Shown here: positions 15,108 through 29,025 of the stretch, one piece after another | How positions within the stretch are numbered: position 1 is the first letter of the stretch | Layout of the letters: every line of letters begins with the position of its first letter | Assembly (NCBI GenBank): GCA_964016885.1 | Contig: OZ024742.1 | Coordinates: forward strand, 62,806,001 to 62,870,000 | DNA length: 64,000 nt | Source: Eledone cirrhosa | Taxonomy: Eukaryota | Reading direction: 5' to 3' | Notes under the pieces: generated by a model | What the model was told of the DNA's origin: nothing | Seen by the model: the letters and a program-made list of their open reading frames with translations, nothing else | The model's database searches: none | Program-made: the position numbers and the translations under genes

Positions 15108-15307
15108 NNNNNNNNNNNNNNNNNNNNNNNNNNNNNNNNNNNNNNNNNNNNNNNNNNNNNNNNNNNNNNNNNNNNNNNNNNNNNNNNNNNNNNNNNNNNN
15201 NNNNNNNNNNNNNNNNNNNNNNNNNNNNNNNNNNNNNNNNNNNNNNNNNNNNNNNNNNNNNNNNNNNNNNNNNNNNNNNNNNNNNNNNNNNNNNNNNNNN
15301 NNNNNNN
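15108..15307. other. Assembly gap (200 N) in CT-rich low-complexity sequence
   Basis: Run of N. Confidence 0.99.
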
Positions 15308-16189
15308 CACTCTCACTCTTTCTCTCACTATCACTCTTTTTCTCTCTCAAACAATCGTCTGCTATTCTGTATATCTCTCTCCCTCTCTATTCCTCTCACT
15401 AACTCTATCACTGTATTTCTTTCAAACAACTTTGTTATCTAATCTATCTCTTTCCCCTCTCTCGTTCCATTTCTCACTAACTTCATTTTATCTCTCTCAA
15501 ACAACCGTCTGCTATCTAATTCATCTCTCTCCATCCCCCTCTCCTCCTCTATCTCTAATCCTATCGTTGTATCTCTTCAGCCTATCTCTCTCACTCCCTC
15601 TCGTTCTCACTCTAATTCTAACACTATACCTCTCTCAAACAACCTGATTGCTTTTCAGTCTATCTCTCTACCTATCTTTCTTTTTCTCACTCCCTCTAAC
15701 TACCATCTACTACTCAGTCTCCTTTTCTTTTTCTCTGTCTTGCCCTTGTCATCTCCCTCTCTCTCTAACTCTATTATTGTATAGCTCTCAGGCTACTGTT
15801 TGCTATCCAGTCTATCTCTCACAAACTCAATTACCGTATCTTTCTTAAGCTACCTTCTCTCACGGTAACTCTTTATACTGCACATCTGTTAGCCTGTCGT
15901 TCTCACATACTCTCACTGCTTCCTTTCATCTCCCACTTCATCTCATTCACTTATTCTCTCCCTTATCTTAGTTTTATTCTGCCCCCCCCCCCCCTCCCCG
16001 CCTTCTGTATTTCCCCCAACTTCCTCCGTCTTAAACTGCTCTTCTAGCCTAGGCTTGAGCAACCATTTTTGAGCTGTGAGCCACAGTTTGTCCATGACTG
16101 TTCTAGCCATACACTGCTCTCTCATAGGCTTATTAAAAATTTCTAGTTTACATGTGCTTATTTAAAGGTATTCAACACAATTGATCATC

Positions 16190-16690
16190 GTTGCTTGGCT
16201 TCGTTAACAAAGACTTATTAAGGACCAGATCACGTTTGTTGCAGGTTCATTGGCAACTGACGACTCGTTTTTACCTTAACATCATCCTTGGGAGCATTCT
16301 CAAATGAGGAAATTGACTGCTGGATGGTATGTCACCAAGTCACGCGATTTGAAAGCCACAGCAGACCACAGGTGACAGTGAAGGTGACATGCTTGAAGGG
16401 ATTATTTCAGAGAAACCTTGTAAATGTTTTCAGTTCACCTCTGTTGCAATGGCCAATGAATACTTCGCATAACAGCGCAGTCTTTGGCAGGCTATGAATC
16501 TCCGTTCGGGAAAATACCCTGCTTAGCACATATGCGTCTTTAATGGCATGGATTCGATACTGGTGACGTTGTTGGTGACAAAATTACTGGGGAAATCTAA
16601 AGCTTCAAACGTCACAGTGTTAAACAAAATCACAATGTATGAACCCGTAACTCCTAGTGGATTCGTAAGAGCATGCCATGGGCATTTTAA
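16190..16690 (-). mobile_element. Decayed RTE/BovB-like LINE C-terminal fragment
   Basis: Manual minus-strand translation: VTSIESM...LPKTALLCEV..HCNRG...SLK*SLQAC...WSAVASNRVTW*HTIQQSISSFEN. This parallels the C-terminus of the 41-44 kb element. Confidence 0.7.
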
Positions 16691-16774
16691 CTATAGCGGA
16701 GCCCATCCTCTCTACTAGACGAAACACAACTAATTTCTTTCAGGGGTGGTGAAAAAAAGATAAAGAGGAAAAAT

Positions 16775-17500
16775 CTACCTCAGTACTGGACTGGTACTTT
16801 TTTTTTATCCACTTCGAAAGGATGAAAAGCAAAGTTGACCTCGGTCGAAAGGAATACCTCAGAGCATTCTATCTGACGTTCTAACAACTCTGCTAGTTCG
16901 CCGCATTACAAAACCACAAACATACATCTAGAGCACACAGGATCTGAGGGAATTGCCTCACTAACTAACATGTACATCTACTTGTATAAACTCTCACAAA
17001 TTCTCCAATTAGGGTAAAATTATAGCAATTCTTAAATCAAATATATACGCAATGATTATGATATCCTGCAGACTCTTCACCAGGGCCTATGGGAGGAGGG
17101 TTCAGTCGGTACTTCGTTCCGAGGCCCAAAAGCTAAGAAGGCCCCACAGTCACCATGCGACATCTATTTTGAGAAAAATCTGTTCCTGCTTCAGGCCCCA
17201 AAGGGGTCTTGTACCGCCTTGCAAAATTTCTTTTGGATGTCCTACCCATCACACTCCTATGAACTCACTTGACGTACGACGTGTGATGGGCATTCAAATC
17301 TGGTGAATTTAAGCAGAGGGAGAGACGTAGGATAGAATCGACTCCAGTACTGAAGTAATACTCTAATATCCAACTGCGAAGTAATGAAAGGCAAAGTTGA
17401 GCTTTGCAGGATTTAAATTCGGAGGGCAGAAAGCCGGAACAAATATCGCAAAGCATTTTATCCGACCTTCTAGCGAGTCTGCCACTCCTGTGCCTTCAAC
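16775..17500 (-). mobile_element. Two diverged older SINE A-like copies (about 16775-16905 and 17330-17497)
   Basis: Degenerate GATGAAAGGCAAAGTTGACCTCGG cores. Confidence 0.65.
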
Positions 17501-17774
17501 CTACCCTGCACACCCTCAAAAATTCTAAAATGACTAAGTCTTGATGCTAATATTGCATACATTTCTCTTTCCAAATCACAAGACGGAATCAGACTATTGC
17601 ACTCAACTACCATACTACACATAATGCTAACATAAAACACTTATCTTGATTAATTGAATACGGTACGCGTACAATTCTAACTACCATTAAACACACACAC
17701 ACACACACACTCTCTCTCTCTCTCACACACACACACACATACACACATATATATATACATACATATATATATAT

Positions 17775-18060
17775 GAAGATCACCTGCTCCGTAGAAAGCT
17801 TGACCACTTCTTGCATTTTATGTCTGTTCCTTCCTGACATGAGATCTTAAATGGCTTTTGCATCCTGAAAGCCTGTGAAAGACCCGTCAACAAATGATAC
17901 AATGATGTTACATTTCCACTTTGAGTTTGCCTATTATGTATGTTCAGATGTCGCTTCAATCCACCACCTGATTTGCACATTTTCTGACTGACATGATACT
18001 TGAACTGATTCTCTGCAACGAAGTTTGAATAGTCAACTTGGACTTTACCATTATGGGCTC
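17775..18060 (-). mobile_element. RTE-clade LINE 3' end with two degenerate C2H2 fingers
   Basis: YHVSQKMCKSGGGLKRHLNIH and CIIC*RVFHRLSGCKSHLRSH, then a short 3' UTR running into (TA)n. Same layout as the 41.2 kb end. Confidence 0.65.
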
Positions 18061-18195
18061 GTTGGTGAGACCCCCACACACACATGACGCTGGACCACAA
18101 ATACCCGATGCGTGTAACTCACTCTCTTTCTTTTAAGCCTGAAACTAATACGGGTTATTGCATCCTAGTGTTTGTTCGTTTCTTGTTTTCTTTAT

Positions 18196-18299
<104 letters not shown>

Positions 18300-18318
18300 T
18301 TATATATATATATATAAT

Positions 18319-18565
18319 CATCTCTGGACAGGAGCCGACAGAAAAAAACAATTTTGATATCACTATGGGATCATCTGACTCGGCGCAACTTACAGACCTC
18401 ATTAGATTAGTTATTAATAATGTACTGCATAGGAAAATGTCAGAGATGACCGGAGGTTTATATCGTGACGATATGTTGCTTTTAACTGAAAACCATAGCA
18501 ATAGTGAAATTAATAGGAAAAGAAAATCCATAATAACTTATCATAATTATTTAAATTTTCCATAG
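18319..18565 (+). mobile_element. Penelope-like element (PLE) reverse transcriptase fragment
   Basis: FDITMGSSDSAQLTDLI and GLYRDDML match the PLE RT motifs FDxTMGSxDGA and GLYRDD. Confidence 0.8.
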
Positions 18566-18841
18566 CGTCTAAAATAACGTTTTTTTCGTACCTTTTACAT
18601 AAACCTCATTTGCATACTCATCTTAATAATTTGAAATATCTGACTTTTCTTCTCTTTTCCTTTCACTATCCAAGCATAACTTGAACCGTTAAGGTATATT
18701 CTCCTTGGTTATGTCAAAATTTATAAAACATACTTCGTATTTTATCTGATGATAGCGTACCAAAATGTTTGGTACCCTTGAAATATATATATAATAGAAT
18801 AAATATGGTATTATAAATATAGTTTCCATTTATTTAATATC

Positions 18842-18933
<92 letters not shown>

Positions 18934-19157
18934 TGTGTGTGCGTGCACGGGCGAGTGTGTGTGTGGAGCAAGAAAGAGAGAATTTTCGGCTTTTGAAGCG
19001 CCGAGAATATATATATATAAATATATATATATATGTAGAAGCCATTTCTATATTAAATATTTATTCTCTGCTATGTATTGAGTACCTTACTTACTGTGGT
19101 TACCCCCGATTGAACCCGTGATAAACATATATATACCACCATATTACTTGGACAGTC

Positions 19158-19200
19158 GGCTTCTTGATGATTTCTCCCGAATGAAAGAGTTCTAGAAGCC
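19158..19200 (+). ncRNA. Minimal type-I hammerhead ribozyme motif (C3U variant)
   Basis: GGCTTC-TTGATGA-TTTCTCCCGAAT-GAAA-GAGTTC-TA-GAAGCC. Perfect 6-bp stem I, core boxes, near-palindromic stem III. Confidence 0.6.
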
Positions 19201-19692
19201 CTTTCTATATTAAATATACTAGCAGAAAAACTACCCTTCGCGTGGTTTTCTGCTAGCATGTGTAGTGTCCATATTGATATTATACGCAAGTATATATGCA
19301 TGTAGATATACATTAAATAAAATCGTAAATATACACAGAAATTGAACAAAGACTGCGTTACACTCCCTTATGTAATCAGTAACGGAATCCATGGTAAATT
19401 AAAAAAAGACGATATTATATATAAACTGCATGAGGAGAAAATTATTAATGTTTATTTAAGCGATCGCTAACCGGATGAGTTAAAAATTTTAAAGAAGTGA
19501 ATCTTTAAATAAGTAATAAAATATATTTAACAAACAGCCACGAAATTTAGTAGATAAATTATGTAATATTCATTCATTATTTATTCAAAGTAATCCAACT
19601 TATTTTACAAACGGGATAAAAAAAATATATATTCTGGATGCAGCCCGCACTCCTTTCTTTATTATATATATATATATATATATTATTATTAT

Positions 19693-19749
19693 TAAGGTTA
19701 ACTTTGCCTTTCATCCTTACGGGGTCGATAAAATAAAGTACCAGTAATG

Positions 19750-19751
<2 letters not shown>
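19693..19751 (+). mobile_element. SINE A internal fragment
   Basis: Identical core between (ATT)n and (CA)n. Confidence 0.85.
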
Positions 19752-19837
<86 letters not shown>

Positions 19838-19886
19838 AGTATTGTGAAAATGCTAAAGTGCAGAAATATATATATATATATATATG

Positions 19887-20078
19887 AGCCCCGGGTTTAA
19901 CCGGAGTTAACCAGAGTAAGTATGGTACTCAAAACATTAGTACAGTGTAAAAATCAAGATTAATACAGAATCGGCTTCTACTGAACTGGAATTGTTTCAT
20001 TCAAAAGAAATCCTCAGAAAGGGCTTTTCTGATGATTTCTTTTGAATGAAACAGTTCTAGTCCTGTAGAAGCCATTTC
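19887..20078. mobile_element. PLE pLTR-like fold-back element with inverted hammerhead motifs
   Basis: Arms 19973-20019 and 20025-20073 are inverted. The plus arm reads CTGATGA..GAAACAG-ttctagtc-CTGTA-GAAGCC. The body is homologous to 19035-19120 and 27287-27420. Confidence 0.65.
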
Positions 20079-20094
20079 TTTCTTTCTTTCTCTT

Positions 20095-20125
<31 letters not shown>

Positions 20126-20154
20126 GTGTGTGCGCGTGCGTGCGTCTGTGTATG

Positions 20155-20190
<36 letters not shown>

Positions 20191-20383
20191 TATAAACAAA
20201 TGGAGACAGTGTTTGTGTACATGTGTGTATATAGTTAAAACAGTGCCAAAACCATGTCAAATTACAGTAGCAATAATGTGTGACAAGAAGACAATAACCC
20301 GGAAGTTTTGGGGATTTCCCCCCACCATGCGTGTGTGTATATATATATGCGTGTGTGTGTGTATATATATAAACGAGAGAGAG

Positions 20384-20425
<42 letters not shown>

Positions 20426-20652
20426 GACTAAGTTGAATCAAAGTCAGTATTGCGGCATATTGACATATTACAATTGTTTTGATATCTATCAGCTCATGGA
20501 GCAATCATCATGACCGAGGCCCGACGCTTCTTCGACATCTCCTCAGATATGCGAGTTTATATGTGCAAAGACCCATTTAAACTATTCACATTCTGCACAC
20601 CAACACCACAACCGCCTTAACTCTGAAATACAACCAAACTTTTACATTTTAG

Positions 20653-20846
<194 letters not shown>

Positions 20847-21075
20847 CAGGGGCTTCGGAAGTATTCTGAATTGGGAGAGGGGCAAATTTGGTCAATAAGT
20901 TGTAGTGATTAGTTTAGCTGTTATTATCAAATATCCGCCAAAATATAAAAAAAACTTGGATATGCGATAAACATAATATGTACATAAATTGCAGCACATA
21001 TACAAATAGATGTGTGTTTTGGTAGATTGGGGAGTAGAATATAATTCAACCGCCAGTTCAACCATTTATTAATGT

Positions 21076-21201
<126 letters not shown>

Positions 21202-21504
21202 ACATTAATAAAGATGCCGATGTTACATAAATTATTCATTATAATTATTTCGACGGTTCTCCCATGCAATCAAGATGTAATCCATGCATTTGTTGTTGTT
21301 ATGAGAACGGTATCTTCAGATGAAATTCGATTTTGTGATATTCCACCGGCAGGGTAAAATACATGTCCTTTTGCTCGTGCGTCCAGCAATACATACACAT
21401 GTACCTACATTTCTGCTTCCTTCTTCATACTTGCATACGCCTGGTTGGCTGCCTTAATACTACTTTTTAATAAATTTTCTTGTATAAATATGTATGTATT
21501 TGTG

Positions 21505-21780
21505 TGAAGGTGCGCGAGATCGATTCCTGGACTGGGCGACGAGTTATATCTTTGAACAAGGCCTTTTATATTATGTTGCTTTCACTCAGCTAGCAAAAAT
21601 GAGTTGTACCTGTAATTCAAGGTGCAAGCATTGTCACACAATGTGTCATGGAAAATATCCCTGAGAACTACGTGTCTATTTAATGCTCAATCACAAGTTC
21701 ATTTCTGTCCATCTTAGTAAATAACTGGGATTGTGAAGTTGCTTCGCTTAGTGGTTAGAATATTCGGCTCATGACCGTCG
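21505..21780 (+). mobile_element. Degenerate CORE-like tRNA-derived SINE (third family) plus a second head fragment
   Basis: GATCGATTCC B-box-like, CTTTGAACAAGGC core-like, CACTCAGCTAGCAAAAATGAG. A-box-like GCTTAGTGGTTAG at about 21747. Confidence 0.5.
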
Positions 21781-23012
21781 CAAAAATAAATTTTACCAGT
21801 AATCTAAATGGCCTTGTGTCGCGTTGAATATCCTTGATAACTATTTTAAGTACACGTGTGTACTTTATCAGATAAAATGCTTTGCGGTATTCGTTTCAGT
21901 TCTCTGTTCAAAACTCGCCGAGGTCAACTTTGCCTTTCAGTATTGTAGTCAATTCCTTCTCTATGTCTCTTTCTCACACCCACCCACTCTCATTTTTCCT
22001 GGAAGAAAGCAGCTGTGTTAAAACCTGGCGAAGGGATGGGTCCCGCCAAGTTTTCAAAATGCCCAAGACACGTTGTATGTCACTACAGCGCTACTGCGGC
22101 TGCATCATGAGTTACATATATTAGAATATGTGTTCAAAATACCTTAGTATTTAAAACATTTATTTACTGAATGACTACTCAATACTGGTAGAGAGAGTGA
22201 AAAATGTATTTTTAAATCGAAAAATAGCAGTGACTTCGAAGTTTTAGCTTGTTGCCGTGTTCTTTTGGTCGAGGTGAAAATCATATATAGCCGTATGCCA
22301 GGAGGGTTAGAGTATATATTTGTTTGAGATTGTCTGCCACATGAATATGTATGCTTGCGTGTTGTGTGTATGAGTTGATAAGTTTGATGGTTGTTTAATC
22401 TAAATTGAGTGTTTTGAATGCATGCGGTTGTGTGTGTGTGTGTGTATACGGTTAAATTTAGTTTATAGAGCCTGTATATCTAAGAGGGTTGGAGGAATGA
22501 TTGTAAAAGGGAGGAGGAATTTATGTATATAGGAAGCATTTATTGTTTAGGAAAAATCAGTTTTGGGAGTTTGGCATTAGTCAAAGAATTTAATTGTATT
22601 CTGGTAGGGGTCAAGCATGACTGGTTAAATTAGAAAGTGTGTTTATGGTAGCTAGTTGGATTTAGACCACTTCAACTACAACAACAATACTCACTACTAC
22701 AACAGTGAAATCAACAAATGCCACCACCTCAACATCATCAAATGCCACTACCACCACCACCACCACCACAACATCAAAACAACAACAGCGACAACAATTA
22801 CCGCTTCAATGACGTTGTTTTCAAATATAGGCTGTCGATGTCAGCAACTTCCGGGTTTGCTGACGGTGGGAATCTCGTTTTTTTTTATTAGTCCCCTGTG
22901 ATCAGACAATACATTAAACGAAGTTAAACAGAACATTGCTTTGTTCAAGCCAGGAGTGGATTAAGCTTTCATAGAGCCCTGAGTGAAAATTTCATCGATG
23001 TCCTTATTATTT

Positions 23013-23181
23013 AAGGTGGTGGATTGTAGCATAGAGTTACGGTCCTTTACGGTCTGAGTTCAAATCCCGCCGAGGTTAACTTTGCCTTTCATCCTTACAG
23101 GGTCGATAAAATAAAGTACCAGTTACACACTGGTGTCGATTTAATCGACTTCCCCCTCTCCCTATATAAGAAACAATTATT
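23013..23181 (+). mobile_element. SINE A copy with internal head deletion
   Basis: GAGTTCAAATCCC B box plus core. TTATTTAAGGT occurs at both ends (TSD-like). Confidence 0.85.
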
Positions 23182-23469
23182 TAAGGTAAAAAAAAAAAAA
23201 AATTAACTTAAGGCCTTTAAATATTGCAAGGCCCAGTCAGCTCCCCACCTCAGCCATTACCTTAATCTGTCACTAGTTTACACTACAATCTTGCATAAAA
23301 GTCCCAATATCCAGCGTGGATTGCTTTGAGATAGTCTTATGGAGTTCACATGACTATTCAAATTTTTTTCTTGGGTATGGTTATGTTGAACATTTCGTTT
23401 CGAAACCAAATAGAATCTGGTTCATCCCACAAGGGGGCACTTTTCTCAAAGTGCCTTTTACCATTATAT

Positions 23470-24115
23470 CCGGTTGAACAAAACACTAGATGGTGATCGG
23501 TTGACAGCTGAGCCCCTCGCTTAACACGAACCTCCAGCCCCAAATCGAAGAGATCAGAGACAACAAAAATATCGGTTACTGACCTCTGTCCTTGATTTTC
23601 CTTATGTCATATATATTTATAGATATCTTTGTGCTTGAAGGAGGTGTTCATAATAGAGAACTCATTAGTAGAACGGATGTCTAATAAAGCTCTTTCGTTC
23701 GCATTTAGATCGGTGTCGCCGTTTCTCCCAGCCACTCCGTTCCATGTCAAGTCTTCAGTGCCAACGTGTGCATTGGAGTCTCCCATTAGGATATATGACT
23801 CAGTCTTAACTACATCTAATACTGCAGTAACTTCATCAATATTCCGACTCTGTTTGCCGCATGAACTAGCATCATCCATGACAATGGCATCAATTCCATA
23901 ACACATTCCGACAACCAGAGACTTGTCGTTTCTAGCACCACACCTGAATAGTTGTGATTGCATTCTACATCCAAATCTACGGTACCCAAGCCACAGGACT
24001 TTGGTGAGGAAACCCCGAATATATCTACCCGGTAACATATAGCCCCCTCCATTAATTCCCGCTCCTTACCTGTAAGGGTTGTAATGTTCCAGTTGCCAAT
24101 TTTTAATATCTGCTC
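23470..24115 (-). mobile_element. RTE-clade LINE APE endonuclease fragment (pseudogenised)
   Basis: [35 protein letters not shown], with frameshifts and stops. Confidence 0.88.
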
Positions 24116-24173
24116 TGTTCTGGGCCCTCTTTGGGGTCGCGTTATGTGTAACCTTTATGCCTCTAAAAGTAAA

Positions 24174-24311
<138 letters not shown>

Positions 24312-25329
24312 GTATGTATGTATATTGAAACTTCTTTGGTATTGAATACTCATTCTCACGCTCATCAATAACACACATATACCAATATATATATATATAT
24401 ACTGGTTTTGGTGAACCAAATTATATTCACCAATCATTGGTGAATTCGATGCTGTGGTAGGCAAATGCCAAATGTGCTGCGCGGTGAGATTGAACCCTGG
24501 ACTACATAGTTGCTAAATAAGCGCTTTAACTACAGGAATAATGCCTGGATTTATAATACAGTATAGATAGATATAAGAGAATATTTTATTATCGTAATTA
24601 ATTAGTTGCCAGGTAAAAGTGCTGACCTTTTTACCGCGAGTTCAAAGTTCAACAACAAAGTTGGTCAAAAATAATGTCTTCTGTTGATTTTCCTTTGGTG
24701 TGGGTTGTGTTTAACACTAATTTTCGTCAGTTCAATAAATACCCCGCGGCAATGTCTTCGCCATATTTTCCGTGTGATGTCGCTGAAATATACCGCCCAA
24801 CCTAGGGTGTAGTGTTCACCTCCTTTCTATTTAGATCTCAACCTTTTTTTTATTATTTCTTTAATTTTCAGCTACCCACTCCAACTTATTTCTTTTTCCT
24901 CTGTTCCTAATGAAAATATAAGACTGCATTTTGGTGAACAATGTATTAAGAATACGAATTCATTGTAGTAGATATAGTAGACGTCAAGTAGAGTTTAAAT
25001 TCCTCCCGTCTTAATTATTTTTACCGTAACTTTTAACATTCTGCAATGATTTAGTAGTATTTTCACTGAGATTTACAAACTTAATACAAAGAAAGAGACG
25101 TTTCTTATTTTCCACTAGAAAGAGGGTGACAGGTAGCCACCTGGCATGATCAGAGGGGCTTGTTGAACAAAAGTAACAAAGAAGCGATGTTACTTCTGAA
25201 CTCTGAAGTTAGGGAGGGGACCGATTCCTCCTTAACCACAGAGATACTGAGCGCGAGTGTTGCAAAACAGAACAGACGGTTCCAATCTTGCGGACTGTTA
25301 AAACAATGTCCAAACGGATAAAATATATC

Positions 25330-25545
25330 ACCATCTCAATCTTTCTTCTACTGTCTTTGTTCATAGATTTATTGTAAGTTTGTCCTATTCTTAATACCAT
25401 CCATTCGCGTAATTCTTGGTTGCTTTCTTCTTCTTTTCTCTGTCATTTATCTTTCCATTTAACAATTTCTGTAAATCATTATATTCTTATACTTAAATTA
25501 TGTCTTAGTTTTGTGTATTCTTAGTATGTTATCATTGGTTTTATC
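25330..25545 (-). mobile_element. Highly decayed RTE C-terminal fragment
   Basis: Manual translation LLNGKI...RRRKQPRITRMDGIK...KTVEERLRW resembles GKIEGKRRRGRPRxxWMDxIK. Confidence 0.5.
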
Positions 25546-25881
25546 CATGGTTTTCTCTATTTTCCCACATCTTAAAATGCAAACATGCAAAGTATACAGG
25601 TCAAATTATTTCGAGAACCATTTTTAAGCAGGAAAAACCTCAGTCGAAAGGTCGAAGCCGACTCGAGAAGACATGGTTCTCTGATAGACCAAAACACGTT
25701 TCTTTATGTCGGTTTGAGTTTTTAAAAATGATGAAAGTTTTCTCCTAAGCATGAAATATCGATTTCCTGTGATATTAAATTCTAGAAATTACCTCTGTAT
25801 TTCGTTGATAGTAGCGGTATCTTTCTCACTCCAACGAAATAGTGAATTTCATTTAGAATGTCGTGTGTGAATATGTGTTTG

Positions 25882-25955
<74 letters not shown>

Positions 25956-26184
25956 CCTATTCTTGAATATATATTTTTTTTTTTTTCACCCGCTCCGATG
26001 AAACAGACTGGTTATAAACAAAGTATTGGAGATCGATTGGCGCAAAATCAGGCGTATAGCGAACTCTAGACCTGCCAGATCAAAGAAACAATTGTCAGCA
26101 ATGTGAATAAAGCCCTTATTGTATAGCGAACCATGTCAATCTTCTTTCTTGAATTTTATATATATATATATATATATTTAATAT

Positions 26185-26405
26185 TATACTGGTATCTGCT
26201 GGGCAGCTGAGTTCCACTACTGTGCATGCCTTCTTTTTCCTGTCCCATATCATTATATCTGGTCAGTTATGTCTGCATTTTATTGGAATCTTGACAGGAA
26301 CATTTCACTAGTACACTTTCGTATTATGTATATGTATTACACATTGCTGTAACTTTTAATACGTTTATTATCGGTGCAATATTTTCTACGGATTGCATCG
26401 GATAG
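26185..26405 (-). mobile_element. R4/Dong-like LINE fragment (RLE domain)
   Basis: NVPVKIPIKCRHN*PDIMIWDRKKKACTVVELSCPAD, homologous to 49020-49150. Confidence 0.85.
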
Positions 26406-26769
26406 TGTGTATGTATGTATGTATGTATGTATGTGTATGTGTGTGGGTATATATATATATATATATATAAATAAATGTATGTATGATTGCATGGATGTGT
26501 GTGTTTTTGTGTGTGCGTGTTTATTATATTTATCATGAAGAAAACAAAACAGCATGGTAGCTGTTGTATGCATTGTCGAAATGTTGAAATGTGTGGACAC
26601 TGGGGCGAAATCTGGAAGACAAGGCGACATCTATCCCAAGGAGACATATCAGGTTGACAACTGAAGAATAAGCAAGAAGTGACCTGTGGAATTTTGACAG
26701 AAAGGTCAACTCCTATGAGATTGAAGGTCACTCCTTGACGATGTTTGTATCTATCTTTGAATATGGTTT

Positions 26770-26805
<36 letters not shown>

Positions 26806-26894
26806 ATTTACATGTATGTGTATAGACACACACACACACACATATCTATCTATATATACATATATACATATCTATATATATATATATATCTATA

Positions 26895-26940
<46 letters not shown>

Positions 26941-27192
26941 ATATACATACATATATATATATACATACATATATATATATATACATACATATATATATAT
27001 ATATATATTTCTTATATATATATATATATATATATATTTCTTATATATATATATATATATATATATATTTACATATATATATATACATATATATAAATAT
27101 ATATATACATATATTTATATATATATATACATATATTTTTATATATATATATATATATATATACATACATACACACACACACACGCACACGC

Positions 27193-27285
<93 letters not shown>

Positions 27286-27286
27286 T

Positions 27287-27420
27287 GGCTACTACCGGAC
27301 TAGAACTGTTTCATTCAGGAAATCATCCTGTAGAAGCATTTCTGTGTTAAGTTTGTTGTTTATACTCTACTAATGTATTGAGTAGCTTACTTACGGTGGT
27401 TACCTCTGATTGAACCCGGC
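27287..27420. mobile_element. PLE pLTR-like element, same family as 19887-20078
   Basis: Inverted partial hammerhead (minus strand GATGATTTCCTGAATGAAACAGTTCTAGTCCGGTAG) joined to the plus-strand body ending GGTTACC..GATTGAACCCGG. Microsatellites on both sides. Confidence 0.65.
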
Positions 27421-27425
27421 ACTCA

Positions 27426-27499
<74 letters not shown>

Positions 27500-27579
27500 C
27501 ATACATACATATATGTGTGTTTGGGGCAATATCTAAGAAAAACAAAACACTTTTAAAGGAGACAGAATAGGAAAAATGA

Positions 27580-27610
<31 letters not shown>

Positions 27611-27686
27611 ATATGTGAGTGTGCGCGTTTGTGTGTTAATGTCTGATTATATTTCTATGTGATCCTATATATGTCAGTGTAAGTGA

Positions 27687-27723
<37 letters not shown>

Positions 27724-28439
27724 TGTGTGTGTGTATGTGTGTGTGTGTATGTGTGTGTCCGTGTCCGTGTGGTCGTATATGTGCTGTGTTCACATACTTG
27801 ACCATTAACACAACTGACCTTTCATTTAACAATTGCAATACGTATCGAATGGCTGGGTGAGGTGGGTGAAAGGAAGAGAGAGAGAGAGAGAAATAGAGAG
27901 TGGGGGAGGGAGAGAAAGAAAAAAGAATGCAGTGGTTGACCTTGAGTTAGCTAGGGAAATAGAATGTCTTTTAACTGAAATCCTTATTGATAATCAAAAT
28001 TTGTAAAGAATTATTTTTATTGACTCAAAAGTTACTATTAAGTTTAAGGAAAGAAACAAAAAAAAAGAGAAACATTGTGGGTGTGAGGAGAAATGATAAA
28101 TGGTGGCAAACGCTATACCTTAGCTAGTCCTTACATCACAGTCGTGCCCAGTGAACAAAATGGCGAATGCATTGCTAGGGAGAACTGTCAGCAATAATTG
28201 CCGCATCAGCCATTTCACCCCACGGGGCTCTTTTCTCAAGCAAGATGTCTTCCTTCCTATTTCACTTAAGAAAGCGGCAGTCCGCGGCCTGAGGATAATG
28301 GTCTCGATTGCAACAGAATTTATATAATTAATATGTTTTAGAAAAGAATTAATAAAAACGAGTCAGAGAGAGAGGGGGGGGGGGGGGGGGGTAAGGGAAG
28401 AAAGAGAGAGAGGGAGAGAGAGAAAGAGCGGTAAGGGAG

Positions 28440-28472
<33 letters not shown>

Positions 28473-28557
28473 CGGTAAGGGAAGAAAGAGAGAGAGAGAG
28501 AGAGAGAAGTTATATACACCCCTAAAAAAGGAGATGATTGTCGGATCGGACCAAGGA

Positions 28558-28665
28558 AATAATTGTTTTTACTTTTGGCACAAGGCCAGCAATTAATCCA
28601 GTGTATTACTGGTACTTTATTTTATCGACCCTATAAGGATGAAAGGCAAAGTTAACCTCGGTGGG
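28558..28665 (-). mobile_element. SINE A, 5'-truncated
   Basis: Reverse-complement core and tail. Confidence 0.88.
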
Positions 28666-29025
28666 CTTTAGGAAATAATGCTTCTTCTGGTCTTTCCATT
28701 TGCTTTATTTATATGAGTTGCCATTGAGAGACTTGTTTCACTGCTATCTTCAGCTTTTATTAATGACCAGTACTGTAATATTTTCCCTTCTGTAAGACGT
28801 TAACACCACGCGGGTTTTATTCAATCATCTTATTTGGACAGATAACTAGTTAATGTACAGAGTGAGATATTTATAGGCACGACCTTAACCACTTTAACTG
28901 ATTCTTTCTTTAGCTCTTTTTTCTCTATCTTTTCCAATTTTACATTCCATTCTTCAGAATCTAAATTTTCTTTTTCTATTAAACTGTATTTACATGATAT
29001 ATTCTATAAATATAATCATATTGCA

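Noticed and set aside
17775-18060. Host C2H2 zinc-finger gene exon
   Set aside because: No TGEKP linkers, ligands are mutated, and it matches the layout of RTE C-terminal fingers at 41.2-41.5 kb.
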